Below are positions 8,339 through 17,409 of a DNA stretch of 35,904 bases, in pieces. The DNA is taken from the UHGV virus genome UHGV-0042151. The stretch is one strand, 5' to 3'. Every line of letters begins with the position of its first letter. The first letter of the stretch is position 1. The notes beneath the pieces were generated by a model. It saw nothing but the letters and a program-made list of their open reading frames with translations, was not told where the DNA came from and did no database searches. This DNA comes from a virus. Position numbers and translations under genes: made by a program.

Positions 8339-8900
8339 CTATCAGGCACTGCGTGAAAAGGCAGAGAAAGCAACGTGTGGTGTGTGGTCGCTCGAATATG
8401 GAGAGGGACGATTTGATGGTGATGATGCACTAATTCATCGCGAGGTTGCTGGATATATTCCTATTTGCAGAATTGAAGGAGCGCATCCTGAAAGCGGTTT
8501 CGATGAAGATTTCCAAACTGAACAGCAGGCCAATGCTGAATTCATCGCCGCAGCCAATCCGGCTACTGTGCTGGCGCTTCTGGATGAACGGGAAAGAAAC
8601 CAGCAATACATCAAATCACGCGACCAGGAGAACGAGGATATTGCGCTAACGGTAGGGAAGCTGCGCGTTGAGCTGGAAGCCGCAGAGAAGCGCATAGCAG
8701 AACTGGAAGCGCGGGAAGTTCAATTACCGACTCGCTACGACCTTCGATATGGACATCCGATAAATGCAGATGAGCGACATGTCATGATACCTAAAGAAAA
8801 TGGCAGTTGGCTTTACCTGATTGACCTAGAACACGCATTACGCGTCGCTGACATTCGCATCAAAGGAGACGCAGGAGAACAAAACGATGAAAAACCGTAA
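8325..8900 (+). CDS. Ea22/ead-like protein
   Basis: GTG start with AAAGGAGG SD; 'AANPATVLALLDE' and coiled-coil region resemble ead/Ea22-like early proteins as recalled. Confidence 0.55.
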   Translation: MSKIDYQALREKAEKATCGVWSLEYGEGRFDGDDALIHREVAGYIPICRIEGAHPESGFDEDFQTEQQANAEFIAAANPATVLALLDERERNQQYIKSRDQENEDIALTVGKLRVELEAAEKRIAELEAREVQLPTRYDLRYGHPINADERHVMIPKENGSWLYLIDLEHALRVADIRIKGDAGEQNDEKP

Positions 8901-9249
8901 AGCAAAATTACTTCTTTTATCGCGTTCGACGGGGTACGAGAGGCTACCAATCAGCAATCACAAACGGGCGGTGATCGGCATGTTTGGTAGGGTGGTATTC
9001 GCATTTAACTATAAACCCACCGCGTCGCGGAACAGACGAGAGAAGGGGGACGCAGTGCGATGAAAAACCGTAAGGAAAAAATTCTGTTAGCTCGCAGAAA
9101 CGGTGTTGGGGTCTGGCGATGGTTGAGGATTAGTAACAGACGAGTGAGGTTGACGGGGTGTTGCGGGGTGATGGGGCACAGTTGTTGCAAAAAGCCCAGC
9201 GCGGCGCAAAACCGCTGGAAAAACCACCTGCGCGCTAAAGGAGACTGAT

Positions 9250-9459
9250 ATGGCTATTGCCGCAAGTTACACCATGCATCTCTACTGTGATTGTCGCCAG
9301 TGTACAAATGGTAAATATCAAACGCCAGACTTCGGTGAGTATATCGGTACGTCATGGGCTGGCTGTGCAAAAGAGGCGCGCAAGGACGGCTGGCGAATAA
9401 GCAAAGACAAAACACGTGCTTTTGCGCCAGGGCATAAAGTTTTAAGGATTAACAAATGA
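9250..9459 (+). CDS. small Cys-rich hypothetical protein (69 aa)
   Basis: AAAGGAGA SD then ATG 9250; 'CDCRQC'. Confidence 0.4.
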   Translation: MAIAASYTMHLYCDCRQCTNGKYQTPDFGEYIGTSWAGCAKEARKDGWRISKDKTRAFAPGHKVLRINK

Positions 9460-9968
9460 CCACTATTACCAGAGAACAGGCACAGAAAATTATTGAAGCA
9501 GCCGATGAGGTTATTAGTGCGCTGGCCGGAACTAATGAGGATGTTAACCCTGATAGCGATAACATGCTACGTCTGTGGGATGACCTGAATGACCGTCACG
9601 CGCCCCCTGAAGTTGTGCGTGAGCTGGCACGTATTGTGCTGGCATCGCTGGAAGCAGAACCGATGGCATGGCGATATCGCTACGTGAAAAAAGGCATTAC
9701 GGACTCACAGGGGGAGCCGTGGGTTGGTGACTGGAAATATGTACCGACAAAAGAGGATTGCAACGACAGACCGAACTATGAAATTCAGGCGTTATTCACT
9801 GCCCCGCCTGTGCCACTGACACCAGAAGGATTGATTAAAGCAGTGCGCTTCTATGAACAGGTTAAGCGTGAGAATCCGCCAGTCGAAACCGGAGCATGGA
9901 AAGACGCTGTTGACTGGGTGCTCAAAGAGGCTTGCCAGGCTGTAAACATTGGTACCAAAGGAGAGTGA
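9456..9968 (+). CDS. hypothetical protein, 'MTTIT' paralog 1
   Basis: Shares N-terminal domain with 10164 and 10579 genes ('ARIVLASLEAEP', C-terminal 'TKGE'). Confidence 0.55.
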   Translation: MTTITREQAQKIIEAADEVISALAGTNEDVNPDSDNMLRLWDDLNDRHAPPEVVRELARIVLASLEAEPMAWRYRYVKKGITDSQGEPWVGDWKYVPTKEDCNDRPNYEIQALFTAPPVPLTPEGLIKAVRFYEQVKRENPPVETGAWKDAVDWVLKEACQAVNIGTKGE

Positions 9969-9969
9969 G

Positions 9970-10161
9970 ATGAACGGACAAATATCAATTGTTCGACCGG
10001 GAGCATGTGACGATAGCGAGATACGAATGATTATTCGTCTGGCGATGGGGAAAACAATAACCGCTCTCATTACTCCAGAAAATCTCGCATTAGCATTAAC
10101 CGGAAAGTCAGACCTACCAGTAGAGCTAAAGCTGCGAAATGTTGAGATTAAGGTGAAATAG
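9970..10161 (+). CDS. small hypothetical protein (63 aa)
   Basis: AAGGAG SD 7 nt before ATG 9970 (track start 9949 is an alternative codon). Confidence 0.4.
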   Translation: MNGQISIVRPGACDDSEIRMIIRLAMGKTITALITPENLALALTGKSDLPVELKLRNVEIKVK

Positions 10162-10163
10162 CT

Positions 10164-10577
10164 ATGACCACTATAACCAAAGAGCGACTACTGACAATCA
10201 AGCAGTGGCGCGAAACATACGGACCTGGTAGCAACGTTGTACTGCCAGCAGAAGAAGCGGAAGAACTGGCGCGGATTGCTCTGGCAGCGCTGGAAGTCGA
10301 GCCGATAGGTTTCCGTTGCAGGCGCAATGATAACCTTGGTGATTGGAGTTACGTATATCATCGAGAGCCAGATGATTTTGAGCGCAAACATTTAGTGATA
10401 GAGGGCATTTACGCCGCCCATCCAGCACCGGTAGTGCCTGAAGAAGCAACTCCGGAAAACGTAGAAATGCTCTCTGGCTATGTTTCCACGTACAAATTAA
10501 CCGATAGCGAGCGCGATATTGCTGCCGAAAGATGGAACGCCTGCCGCGCCGCCATGCTTCAGGGTAAAGGAGAGTGA
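10164..10577 (+). CDS. hypothetical protein, 'MTTIT' paralog 2
   Basis: 'MTTITKERLLTIKQ...ARIALAALEVEP...QGKGE'. Confidence 0.55.
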   Translation: MTTITKERLLTIKQWRETYGPGSNVVLPAEEAEELARIALAALEVEPIGFRCRRNDNLGDWSYVYHREPDDFERKHLVIEGIYAAHPAPVVPEEATPENVEMLSGYVSTYKLTDSERDIAAERWNACRAAMLQGKGE

Positions 10578-10578
10578 T

Positions 10579-11142
10579 ATGACCACTATAACCGATAAGA
10601 AACAGTATCCAGGCGAGCAATATCTTAATGAGCTGATCACCAACATAGAGTTTGCTGCAAGGGCACCAGTTGAAGTCGTGAGAGCAATGGCAGCAGAGCT
10701 ACAGAAGCGGCGCGAAGCTGATAGTGCAGAACCTGTAAGTAATCATGAAGAGTTGCCGCTTGATTATCTCCAAGGTCAAAAAGATGGTCTTGAATGGGCT
10801 GCGCAGCTTGCAGAAGCAAATCACCCACAAACTGGCGACTGGCTTTACGATGACCCGCTGGAGCTGGCTAAAGCTATCAGAAAAGGTCCTGACATGCCTG
10901 AATTCGATGGACCAACTCCGGTAACTACGGATGGTTGGATAAGCTGTAGTGATCTAATGCCGGAAGACACCAAAATGTTACTGGCATTTAGTCAAGGTGA
11001 AATCGTGGCAGCATATTGGAACTGGGTTGTAAATCCAATTGATTACAAAAAATATAGAGCTTTCACGTATTTATCAGGAAATATCTTGGATGACGTAACT
11101 CACTGGATGCCGCTACCAGAGCCGCCGCAGGAGGTGAAGTGA
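10579..11142 (+). CDS. 'MTTIT' paralog 3 fused to DUF551-like C-terminal domain
   Basis: AAAGGAGAG SD then ATG 10579; C-terminus '[23 protein letters not shown]...[10 protein letters not shown]' resembles DUF551. Confidence 0.55.
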   Translation: MTTITDKKQYPGEQYLNELITNIEFAARAPVEVVRAMAAELQKRREADSAEPVSNHEELPLDYLQGQKDGLEWAAQLAEANHPQTGDWLYDDPLELAKAIRKGPDMPEFDGPTPVTTDGWISCSDLMPEDTKMLLAFSQGEIVAAYWNWVVNPIDYKKYRAFTYLSGNILDDVTHWMPLPEPPQEVK

Positions 11143-11483
11143 TGGACTATTCACAGTTAAGTGATTTTGAAATTAACAGAATGGTAGGAGACATAATTTT
11201 TAAAGGCCTTTGGGCATGTAAACCGGAAACATCAGGGAATAACACCAACAAATGGTATTACGGAAATACTGATACAACTTTTGAGCCATTAAACCATTTA
11301 CCTGACTACTGCAATGATCCTAGCGCCTCATGGCCGATTATTGAGAAACACAGGATTTCTATCTTAGACCAGTTAACTGAATGGTGTGTTGATGCAAAAG
11401 GCGTAAGACCAATATTTGATACCAGACCTCTCCGCGCCGCCATGATTGTATTTCTCATGATGCAGGAAAATCAGAATGGCTAA
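11142..11483 (+). CDS. hypothetical protein (113 aa)
   Basis: TGATG overlap with upstream stop. Confidence 0.45.
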   Translation: MDYSQLSDFEINRMVGDIIFKGLWACKPETSGNNTNKWYYGNTDTTFEPLNHLPDYCNDPSASWPIIEKHRISILDQLTEWCVDAKGVRPIFDTRPLRAAMIVFLMMQENQNG

Positions 11484-11814
11484 ATCAGCAGCAGAGCGCA
11501 AAGCCGCTCAGAGAGCCAGACAAGCTGCATCTGGTGTGCGTAAGCTGGAAATTGTGCTTGATGCTCAGGAAATTGAAATGCTGGAGCGTAACTGCGCCGC
11601 CCGGCGCCCTGGTCGCGATCCCTATGAAATGGCCGAGTACATCGCGCTGCTGATCCGCCAGGATGATGCACGCGTGCGCGGGCGTATAAAATCGATCAGC
11701 AGAAAACGTTGCGGTAAGTGCGGCGAGAGAGTTCCAGTTAATTCATGCCCGTGTAATGGTGACTCGCAATGCTGGGTGACTAAAGGCTGGCATGAAACGA
11801 AATTAATAGTGTGA
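11476..11814 (+). CDS. small basic protein with C-terminal Cys cluster (candidate regulator, last early gene)
   Basis: AGGAAAA SD then ATG 11476; '[23 protein letters not shown]'; directly followed by intrinsic terminator and terminase genes. Confidence 0.45.
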   Translation: MAKSAAERKAAQRARQAASGVRKLEIVLDAQEIEMLERNCAARRPGRDPYEMAEYIALLIRQDDARVRGRIKSISRKRCGKCGERVPVNSCPCNGDSQCWVTKGWHETKLIV

Positions 11815-11822
11815 CATGTCAC
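11811..11822. promoter_or_regulatory. 12-bp perfect palindrome GTGACATGTCAC (copy 1 of 3)
   Basis: Overlaps stop codon of 11476..11814 gene; 40 bp upstream of terminator. Confidence 0.35.
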
Positions 11823-11863
11823 GAGTAGATTATGCATGATGAATTTGATGGGTTTTGAATACT

Positions 11864-11889
11864 GCCGCCAACTATGGCGGCTTTATTTT
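11864..11889 (+). terminator. rho-independent terminator at early/late boundary
   Basis: GCCGCC-aactat-GGCGGC hairpin followed by TTTATTTT. Confidence 0.55.
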
Positions 11890-11900
11890 GCATGGTATTA

Positions 11901-11915
11901 TTACCACAACGGTAA
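11901..11915. promoter_or_regulatory. palindromic site TTACC-N5-GGTAA upstream of terminase genes
   Basis: TTACCACAACGGTAA immediately after -10-like TATTAT (11895-11900), 18 nt before ATG 11933. Confidence 0.5.
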
Positions 11916-11932
11916 CAATTACCACGGTGGTT

Positions 11933-12529
11933 ATGATGCCTGCTGAACCTAAAACCTATAAACGCAAATCAACGCAATTTAAGCCGCTCACAGCAATGCA
12001 GGAGGCTTATTGCCAGTCATACATCAAAACGCCTGAAAACCAGACTCAGGCAGCGATTAACGCAGGATTCTCCCCAAATACAGCGGCAGTTAAAGCCAGT
12101 GTCATGATGCGCGATGAACGCATTCAAAAACGGATTGCCGAGTTGATGGAGGAGCGCAACAAACGAATGCGCGTCAGTGCTGATTACGTTCTCATGCGCT
12201 TGGTGGAGATCGACCAGATGGACGTGATCGATATCCTCAACGACGATGGGAGCCTTAAACCAATCCGTGAGTGGCCGAAAATCTGGCGCACTACGCTTAG
12301 TGGCTTTGATCTGTCATCGACCATCATGAACATGAACGAGGATTCGATAGAGACAATCCTCAAAAAAATTAAATGGCCTGACAAGGTGAAGAACCTAGAA
12401 CTGATTGGTAAGCATGTTGATGTCAACGCGTTCAAAGAACGTCTGGATGTTAATGTGAATGTGACAATTGCTGATCGCATAGCAGCAGCCAGGAAGCGAC
12501 TCAAAGAACGTCAGGATGGTAATCAGTGA
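11933..12529 (+). CDS. terminase small subunit
   Basis: 'LTAMQEAYCQSYIKTPENQTQAAINAGFS' matches the conserved terminase-small N-terminal pattern; start set at ATG 11933 (track start 11855 is TTG). Confidence 0.7.
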   Translation: MMPAEPKTYKRKSTQFKPLTAMQEAYCQSYIKTPENQTQAAINAGFSPNTAAVKASVMMRDERIQKRIAELMEERNKRMRVSADYVLMRLVEIDQMDVIDILNDDGSLKPIREWPKIWRTTLSGFDLSSTIMNMNEDSIETILKKIKWPDKVKNLELIGKHVDVNAFKERLDVNVNVTIADRIAAARKRLKERQDGNQ

Positions 12530-14001
12530 CAGATACAGCGTTATCTCCTGAAGAGCAGTTGATCGAGGATATTGCAGGGTTCACTCACGATCCGCTTGGC
12601 TATGCCCTCTATGCGTTCCCGTGGGGGGAAGAGGGGACTGAATTAGCACATGCCACCGGTCCACGTAAGTGGCAGGCTGATGCGTTCCGAGAGATACGTG
12701 ATCACCTGCAGAATCCAGAGACGCGCTATCAGCCGCTTATGCTGGCACGTGCTTCTGGTCATGGTATTGGTAAATCCGCATTCATCTCAATGCTGATCAA
12801 CTGGGGCATGTCCACTTGCGAGGATTGTAAGGTTGTGGTGACCGCCAACACCGACAACCAGCTACGAACGAAGACCTGGCCGGAAATTATCAAGTGGTCG
12901 AACCTTGCCATCACGAAAGACTGGTTTACCTGTACCGCTACCGCGATGTACAGCAATGATCCTGGGCACGACAAGCGGTGGCGAGCTGACGCAATCCCCT
13001 GGTCTGAGCACAACACTGAGGCATTCGCCGGACTACACAACGAGCGCAAACGCATCATCGTGGTATTCGATGAAGCGTCGAACATTGCGGATCTGGTGTG
13101 GGAAGTTGCTGAGGGTGCGCTTACGGACGAAGACACTGAGATTATCTGGGTGGCGTTCGGAAACCCTACACGTAATACCGGGCGTTTTCGCGAATGTTTC
13201 CGCAAATACAAACACCGCTGGAAAACTGCGCAGATTGACAGCCGGACGGTGGAAGGTACTAACAAACAGCAGTTGCAGAAATGGGTTGATGACTACGGGG
13301 AAGACAGCGACTTCGTTAAAATCCGTGTGCGCGGCATATTCCCTGATGCATCTGAATTGCAGTTTATCCCTACCGGTCTTACTGATGAGGCAATGAAACG
13401 GGTGGTAACCGCTGCGCAGGTGGCTCATGCTCCGGTGATAATCGGTGTTGACCCGGCATATTCAGGCGTTGATGACGCGGTGATATACCTGCGGCAGGGG
13501 TTGCATAGTAAGGTGCTATGGACTGGCAACAAGACCACTGACGATCTGATTATGGCGAAGCGTATCGCTGACTTTGAAGACCAGTATCAGGCTGACGCGG
13601 TGTTCATCGACTTCGGTTACGGAACCGGTCTGAAGTCAATCGGTGACGGCTGGGGGCGCACATGGCAACTTGTTCCGTTCGGTGGTGCGTCAACTGACCC
13701 TCAGATGCTCAACAAGCGCGGGGAGATGTTCAACTCATGCAAGACATGGCTGAGGTTGGGCGGGATGCTGGATGACCAGGAAACAGCGGACGATCTGTCG
13801 GCGGCAGAGTACAAAGTTCGCGTGGACGGTAAAATCGTTATCGAACCGAAGGAAGATATCAAAGAACGACTTGGGCGTTCGCCGGGTAAAGGCGATGCGC
13901 TACTGCTGACGTTTGCTTTCCCTGTGTCGAAGCGTCTGCGAATTCCCGGGCAGCAGAACCAGCAAGGCAAGGCCATCACAGATTACGATCCCTATGCTTA
14001 A
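12526..14001 (+). CDS. terminase large subunit
   Basis: 491 aa; Walker-A-like 'ASGHGIGKSAF'; GTG 12526 overlaps TerS stop; position after TerS. Confidence 0.75.
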   Translation: MTDTALSPEEQLIEDIAGFTHDPLGYALYAFPWGEEGTELAHATGPRKWQADAFREIRDHLQNPETRYQPLMLARASGHGIGKSAFISMLINWGMSTCEDCKVVVTANTDNQLRTKTWPEIIKWSNLAITKDWFTCTATAMYSNDPGHDKRWRADAIPWSEHNTEAFAGLHNERKRIIVVFDEASNIADLVWEVAEGALTDEDTEIIWVAFGNPTRNTGRFRECFRKYKHRWKTAQIDSRTVEGTNKQQLQKWVDDYGEDSDFVKIRVRGIFPDASELQFIPTGLTDEAMKRVVTAAQVAHAPVIIGVDPAYSGVDDAVIYLRQGLHSKVLWTGNKTTDDLIMAKRIADFEDQYQADAVFIDFGYGTGLKSIGDGWGRTWQLVPFGGASTDPQMLNKRGEMFNSCKTWLRLGGMLDDQETADDLSAAEYKVRVDGKIVIEPKEDIKERLGRSPGKGDALLLTFAFPVSKRLRIPGQQNQQGKAITDYDPYA

Positions 14002-14051
14002 TCCGCTGGTGGGGATAATGTCGTTGATATCCTCTGATGAGGATAAAACAA

Positions 14052-14079
14052 AGCCAGCTCATCGGCTGGCTGTTTGTGA
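14052..14079. terminator. bidirectional intrinsic terminator
   Basis: AGCCAGC-tcatcg-GCTGGCT hairpin with U-rich flank on + strand; lies between convergent genes. Confidence 0.45.
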
Positions 14080-14087
14080 CATGTCAC
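14076..14087. promoter_or_regulatory. 12-bp perfect palindrome GTGACATGTCAC (copy 2 of 3)
   Basis: Directly abuts terminator hairpin downstream of terminase large subunit. Confidence 0.35.
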
Positions 14088-14091
14088 GGTG

Positions 14092-14511
14092 TTATTTAAT
14101 GGCATTAAATCCAGCGTTGATGGCTTCCGCAATATTGATGGCACTTGTTTTATCGAAGTGCCCATTCTGAATAAGCGCCGCATGCAGGCATTGTAACTTC
14201 ATGTTGTATAAGTGTTCGCTCATGTAATCATTATCACTTTTTGCTTTAGCGTAAACAGCGCGAGAAATATCAAACACATCGCCTTTTTCCATTTCAGAAC
14301 GTTGTGCTGTTATCCAGTCATGGAACGTAACGCTAGTACCATGGTCTTCGCTAAGAGTTAACCCGGCCAGTCCCTCACTCTGAATTACTTCGTAATGCAT
14401 TTCATTATCAGCAAAAACGCCATAAAAAATGCAGTCTTCAGCCTGAACGATACGAGAATATTTTAATGGCCATTCATTTAGATACTTAGCCAACATATCA
14501 ATTGTCTTCAT
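14092..14511 (-). CDS. hypothetical moron protein (139 aa), opposite strand to packaging genes
   Basis: AAGGTGAG SD then ATG 14511; no recognisable domain; embedded between TerL and portal. Confidence 0.5.
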   Translation of the reverse strand: MKTIDMLAKYLNEWPLKYSRIVQAEDCIFYGVFADNEMHYEVIQSEGLAGLTLSEDHGTSVTFHDWITAQRSEMEKGDVFDISRAVYAKAKSDNDYMSEHLYNMKLQCLHAALIQNGHFDKTSAINIAEAINAGFNAIK

Positions 14512-14522
14512 GATCTCACCTT

Positions 14523-14546
14523 AAAAAAATGCCCGGCGAACCGGGC
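14523..14546 (-). terminator. rho-independent terminator (minus strand) downstream of tRNA-Arg
   Basis: GCCCGG-ttcg-CCGGGC followed by U7 on minus strand; U-run abuts the SD of the 14511 gene. Confidence 0.55.
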
Positions 14547-14709
14547 GAACTGGAAGCAATGAGTTATGCCTTCCGTGGCTGTACGGGTTTACAGCATGAA
14601 GTCATCGCAATGGCGTCCTGCTGTAAAAAGGGCGGTGATAGTCCTTCAAGGGAAACTATCACCGCCAAGCACCTGGAGCTTCTGGCATCACGGTCCTTAG
14701 GCGTGATTC

Positions 14710-14786
14710 TGGCGTGGCATGCAGGATTCGAACCTGCGACCAACCGCTTAGAAGGCGGTTGCTCTGTCCAACTGAGCTAATGCCAC
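14710..14786 (-). tRNA. tRNA-Arg (anticodon UCU)
   Basis: Hand-folded cloverleaf: acceptor GTGGCAT/ATGCCAC, D-arm GCTC-AGTTGGACA-GAGC, anticodon arm ACCGC-CTTCTAA-GCGGT, T-arm GCAGG-TTCGAAT-CCTGC, 3' GCCA; similar to but distinct from E. coli argU as recalled. Confidence 0.9.
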
Positions 14787-15108
14787 AACGCTGAGAGCAC
14801 TTAGCCTGTTAAGGCGCCACACTTTGTCGCGGCTCCATAAATGCTCTCATCGTTGTACCCTCGTCTCTTCCGAGGCGTCACACCGAATCGCCGGGATGGT
14901 GAATCCCCGTGCGCGGAATAAAACCGCTCGACTTGCACATTCCGGCTACCTGGTTCGTTTGCCCGAGCAAGGGAGGGTGCCCCTTAAACGTATCCAGACC
15001 GCTATCGGCGCATGTGCCATACGCCGTACTGCTCAAAATAAAAGCTCACTCCACCTGTTCAATTTAACGACAAGCCAGTCAGGTTAGTAACCGGAATGAA
15101 CTCTTTGG

Positions 15109-15123
15109 TTACCTAAAGGGTAA
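15109..15123. promoter_or_regulatory. palindromic site TTACC-N5-GGTAA upstream of portal operon
   Basis: TTACCTAAAGGGTAA, 90 nt upstream of ATG 15214. Confidence 0.45.
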
Positions 15124-15213
15124 TAATTAGCGCGTTAAATGTCAACTTTCTACGATAAATAAATCATATGTGGTTAAATTGGTAATAATTTAATTGCGTA
15201 CGGAGTCATTGAT

Positions 15214-15420
15214 ATGTGCATGGGTAGCTCACCATCAGTGCCTGCAACACCAGAAGTTCAGGCAGCACCACAGGAGCAGGATGCCGCCGTTGTTGATGCC
15301 CGCGACGAAGAAACACGTCGCCGTCGCGCTGCTGCTGGTCGTAGTTCTACGCTGCTTACCGGTTCTCAGGGCGACACATCAACTGCTAATACCAGCGGTA
15401 AAACGCTGCTTGGTCAGTAA
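15214..15420 (+). CDS. small hypothetical protein (68 aa)
   Basis: CGGAGTCATTGATATG RBS context repeated at the portal start (15421-15437). Confidence 0.4.
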   Translation: MCMGSSPSVPATPEVQAAPQEQDAAVVDARDEETRRRRAAAGRSSTLLTGSQGDTSTANTSGKTLLGQ

Positions 15421-15434
15421 CCGGAGTCATTGAA

Positions 15435-17114
15435 ATGGCGGAAACAACTAAAGAGCGATTGAACAAACAGTTCGCACAACTTGAAAGCGAGCGTCAGTCG
15501 TTCGAGCCGCACTGGCGCGAGTTGAGTGATTACATCAACCCGCGTGGTTCCCGCTTTCTGACTTCTGAGGTCAACCGTAACGATCGACGCAATACACGCA
15601 TTATTGATTCGACCGGGACTATGGCGGCGCGCACTCTCGCCAGCGGCATGATGTCAGGCATCACAAGCCCTGCGCGTCCGTGGTTTCGCCTGGCTACGCC
15701 AGATCCTGAAATGATGGATTATGGTCCTGTTAAGTTGTGGCTCGAGGCGGTGCAGAACCGCATGAACGATATGTTCAATAAGTCGAATCTCTACCAGTCT
15801 CTTCCGCAGTTATACGGAAGCCTCGGCACATACAGCACTGGTGCAATGGCGGTGCTGGAGGATGACGAGGACATCATTCGCACAATGCCATTCCCGATAG
15901 GCAGTTACTACCTGGCTAACTCACCTCGTGGCAGTGTGGACACCTGTTTTCGCAAGTTCTCTATGACTGTTCGTCAGCTTGTTCAGGAGTTCGGGCTAAA
16001 TAACGTCAGCGAATCCGTAAAAAGCATGTGGGAAAGCGGCACCTACGAGAAGTGGATTGAAGTGATGCATTCGGTTTACCCGAACATTGACCGCGATACA
16101 TCGAAGCTGGATAGCAAGAACAAGCCATTCAAATCGGTTTATTACGAGTTTGGCGGCGATAACGACAAGTTGTTGCGTGAGTCCGGATTCGATGAGTTTC
16201 CAATTATGGCTCCGCGCTGGGAAGTTAACGGCGAAGATGTTTATGGATCATCATGCCCGGGTATGCTGGCGCTTGGACCTGTTAAGGCATTGCAGCTTCT
16301 CCAGAAGCGCAAGTCGCAGTTGATTGATAAAGCCACCAATCCGCCGATGGTTGCTCCGACTTCCCTCAAGAATCAGCGCGCCTCCCTTCTTCCTGGCGAC
16401 ATCACGTATATCGATCAGATTACTGGTCAGGATGGTTTCAGGCCTGCTTATCTGGTTAACCCCAGTACAGCAGATCTGGTAGCAGACATTCAGGACACTC
16501 GTCAAATCATTAACAGCGCCTACTTTGTCGATCTGTTCATGATGTTGCAGAACATCAATACCCGCTCGATGCCTGTTGAAGCGGTGATCGAAATGAAAGA
16601 AGAAAAACTTCTGATGTTGGGTCCGGTTCTGGAGCGTCTGAACGACGAATGTCTTAATCCTCTCATTGACCGCGCTTTCTCGATGATGGTGCGTAAAAAC
16701 ATGCTGCCGCCACCGCCAGACGTGATGGAAGGTATGCCCCTGAAGGTCGAATACATTTCCGTCATGGCTCAGGCGCAGAAGTCTATCGGCCTGTCCAGTC
16801 TGGCGTCCACGGTTAACTTCATTGGTCAACTTGCGCAAGCGAAACCAGAAGCTCTCGACAAACTCAACGTTGATCAGGCGATCGATGCATTCGCTGATAT
16901 GTCCGGAGTGTCTCCAACCGTCATTGTTCCGCAGGAACAGGTTGAGCAGGCTCGCCAGCAACGAGCACAGCAACAACAGCAGCAACAAATGATGGCGATG
17001 GGGATGGCGGCGGCACAGGGTGCCAAGACGCTAAGCGAAGCTAAAACTTCGGATCCGAGTGTTTTGTCAGCTATGGCGAATGCAGTTAGTGGTCAGGGGG
17101 GGCAATCACAATGA
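15435..17114 (+). CDS. portal (head-to-tail connector) protein
   Basis: 559 aa; size and position ahead of scaffold and capsid, T7-like order. Confidence 0.7.
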   Translation: MAETTKERLNKQFAQLESERQSFEPHWRELSDYINPRGSRFLTSEVNRNDRRNTRIIDSTGTMAARTLASGMMSGITSPARPWFRLATPDPEMMDYGPVKLWLEAVQNRMNDMFNKSNLYQSLPQLYGSLGTYSTGAMAVLEDDEDIIRTMPFPIGSYYLANSPRGSVDTCFRKFSMTVRQLVQEFGLNNVSESVKSMWESGTYEKWIEVMHSVYPNIDRDTSKLDSKNKPFKSVYYEFGGDNDKLLRESGFDEFPIMAPRWEVNGEDVYGSSCPGMLALGPVKALQLLQKRKSQLIDKATNPPMVAPTSLKNQRASLLPGDITYIDQITGQDGFRPAYLVNPSTADLVADIQDTRQIINSAYFVDLFMMLQNINTRSMPVEAVIEMKEEKLLMLGPVLERLNDECLNPLIDRAFSMMVRKNMLPPPPDVMEGMPLKVEYISVMAQAQKSIGLSSLASTVNFIGQLAQAKPEALDKLNVDQAIDAFADMSGVSPTVIVPQEQVEQARQQRAQQQQQQQMMAMGMAAAQGAKTLSEAKTSDPSVLSAMANAVSGQGGQSQ

Positions 17115-17407
17115 CAGATTACGAAGACGATCAACTGAAAGAAGAAAACGCCCGTAAGCAACGTGACATGGCAAAGCGTGAAATTGATGACATTCGCTTT
17201 GTCATGAGCAGTGAACAGGGGCGTCGCGTTGTCTGGTCTGTGCTGGAGAAAGGCCGGGTGTTTTCCGCTATCTCTCCGATGGATGCTATGGCAATGGCAT
17301 TTAATGAGGGGCAACGCAATCTGGCGCTGGAACTGTTTCAGCGCGTTATGGCGCATTGCCCTGAACAGTATTTGAAGATGGCCAAAGAGGCCAGTGAACA
17401 GGAGTGA
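17111..17407 (+). CDS. hypothetical head-assembly-associated protein (98 aa)
   Basis: ATGA overlap with portal stop. Confidence 0.45.
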   Translation: MTDYEDDQLKEENARKQRDMAKREIDDIRFVMSSEQGRRVVWSVLEKGRVFSAISPMDAMAMAFNEGQRNLALELFQRVMAHCPEQYLKMAKEASEQE

Positions 17408-17409
17408 TC

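Noticed and set aside
9060-9248. 62-aa basic ORF (MKNRKEKILLARRNG...)
   Set aside because: It starts inside the duplicated Ea22 3'-end repeat, has no RBS and is Arg/Trp/Cys-rich. Likely a by-product of the recombination scar.
11810-11823. CRP-binding site call for TGTGACATGTCAC
   Set aside because: The CRP consensus is TGTGA-N6-TCACA. Here the half-sites are separated by 2 bp, not 6.
14790-15100. Track ORF 14824..15087(+) and possible extra tRNAs in the tRNA-Arg upstream leader
   Set aside because: The ORF is Arg/Ser-rich with no RBS, and no further cloverleaf could be built by hand. The region is more likely a tRNA leader or promoter. tRNAscan should be run to confirm.
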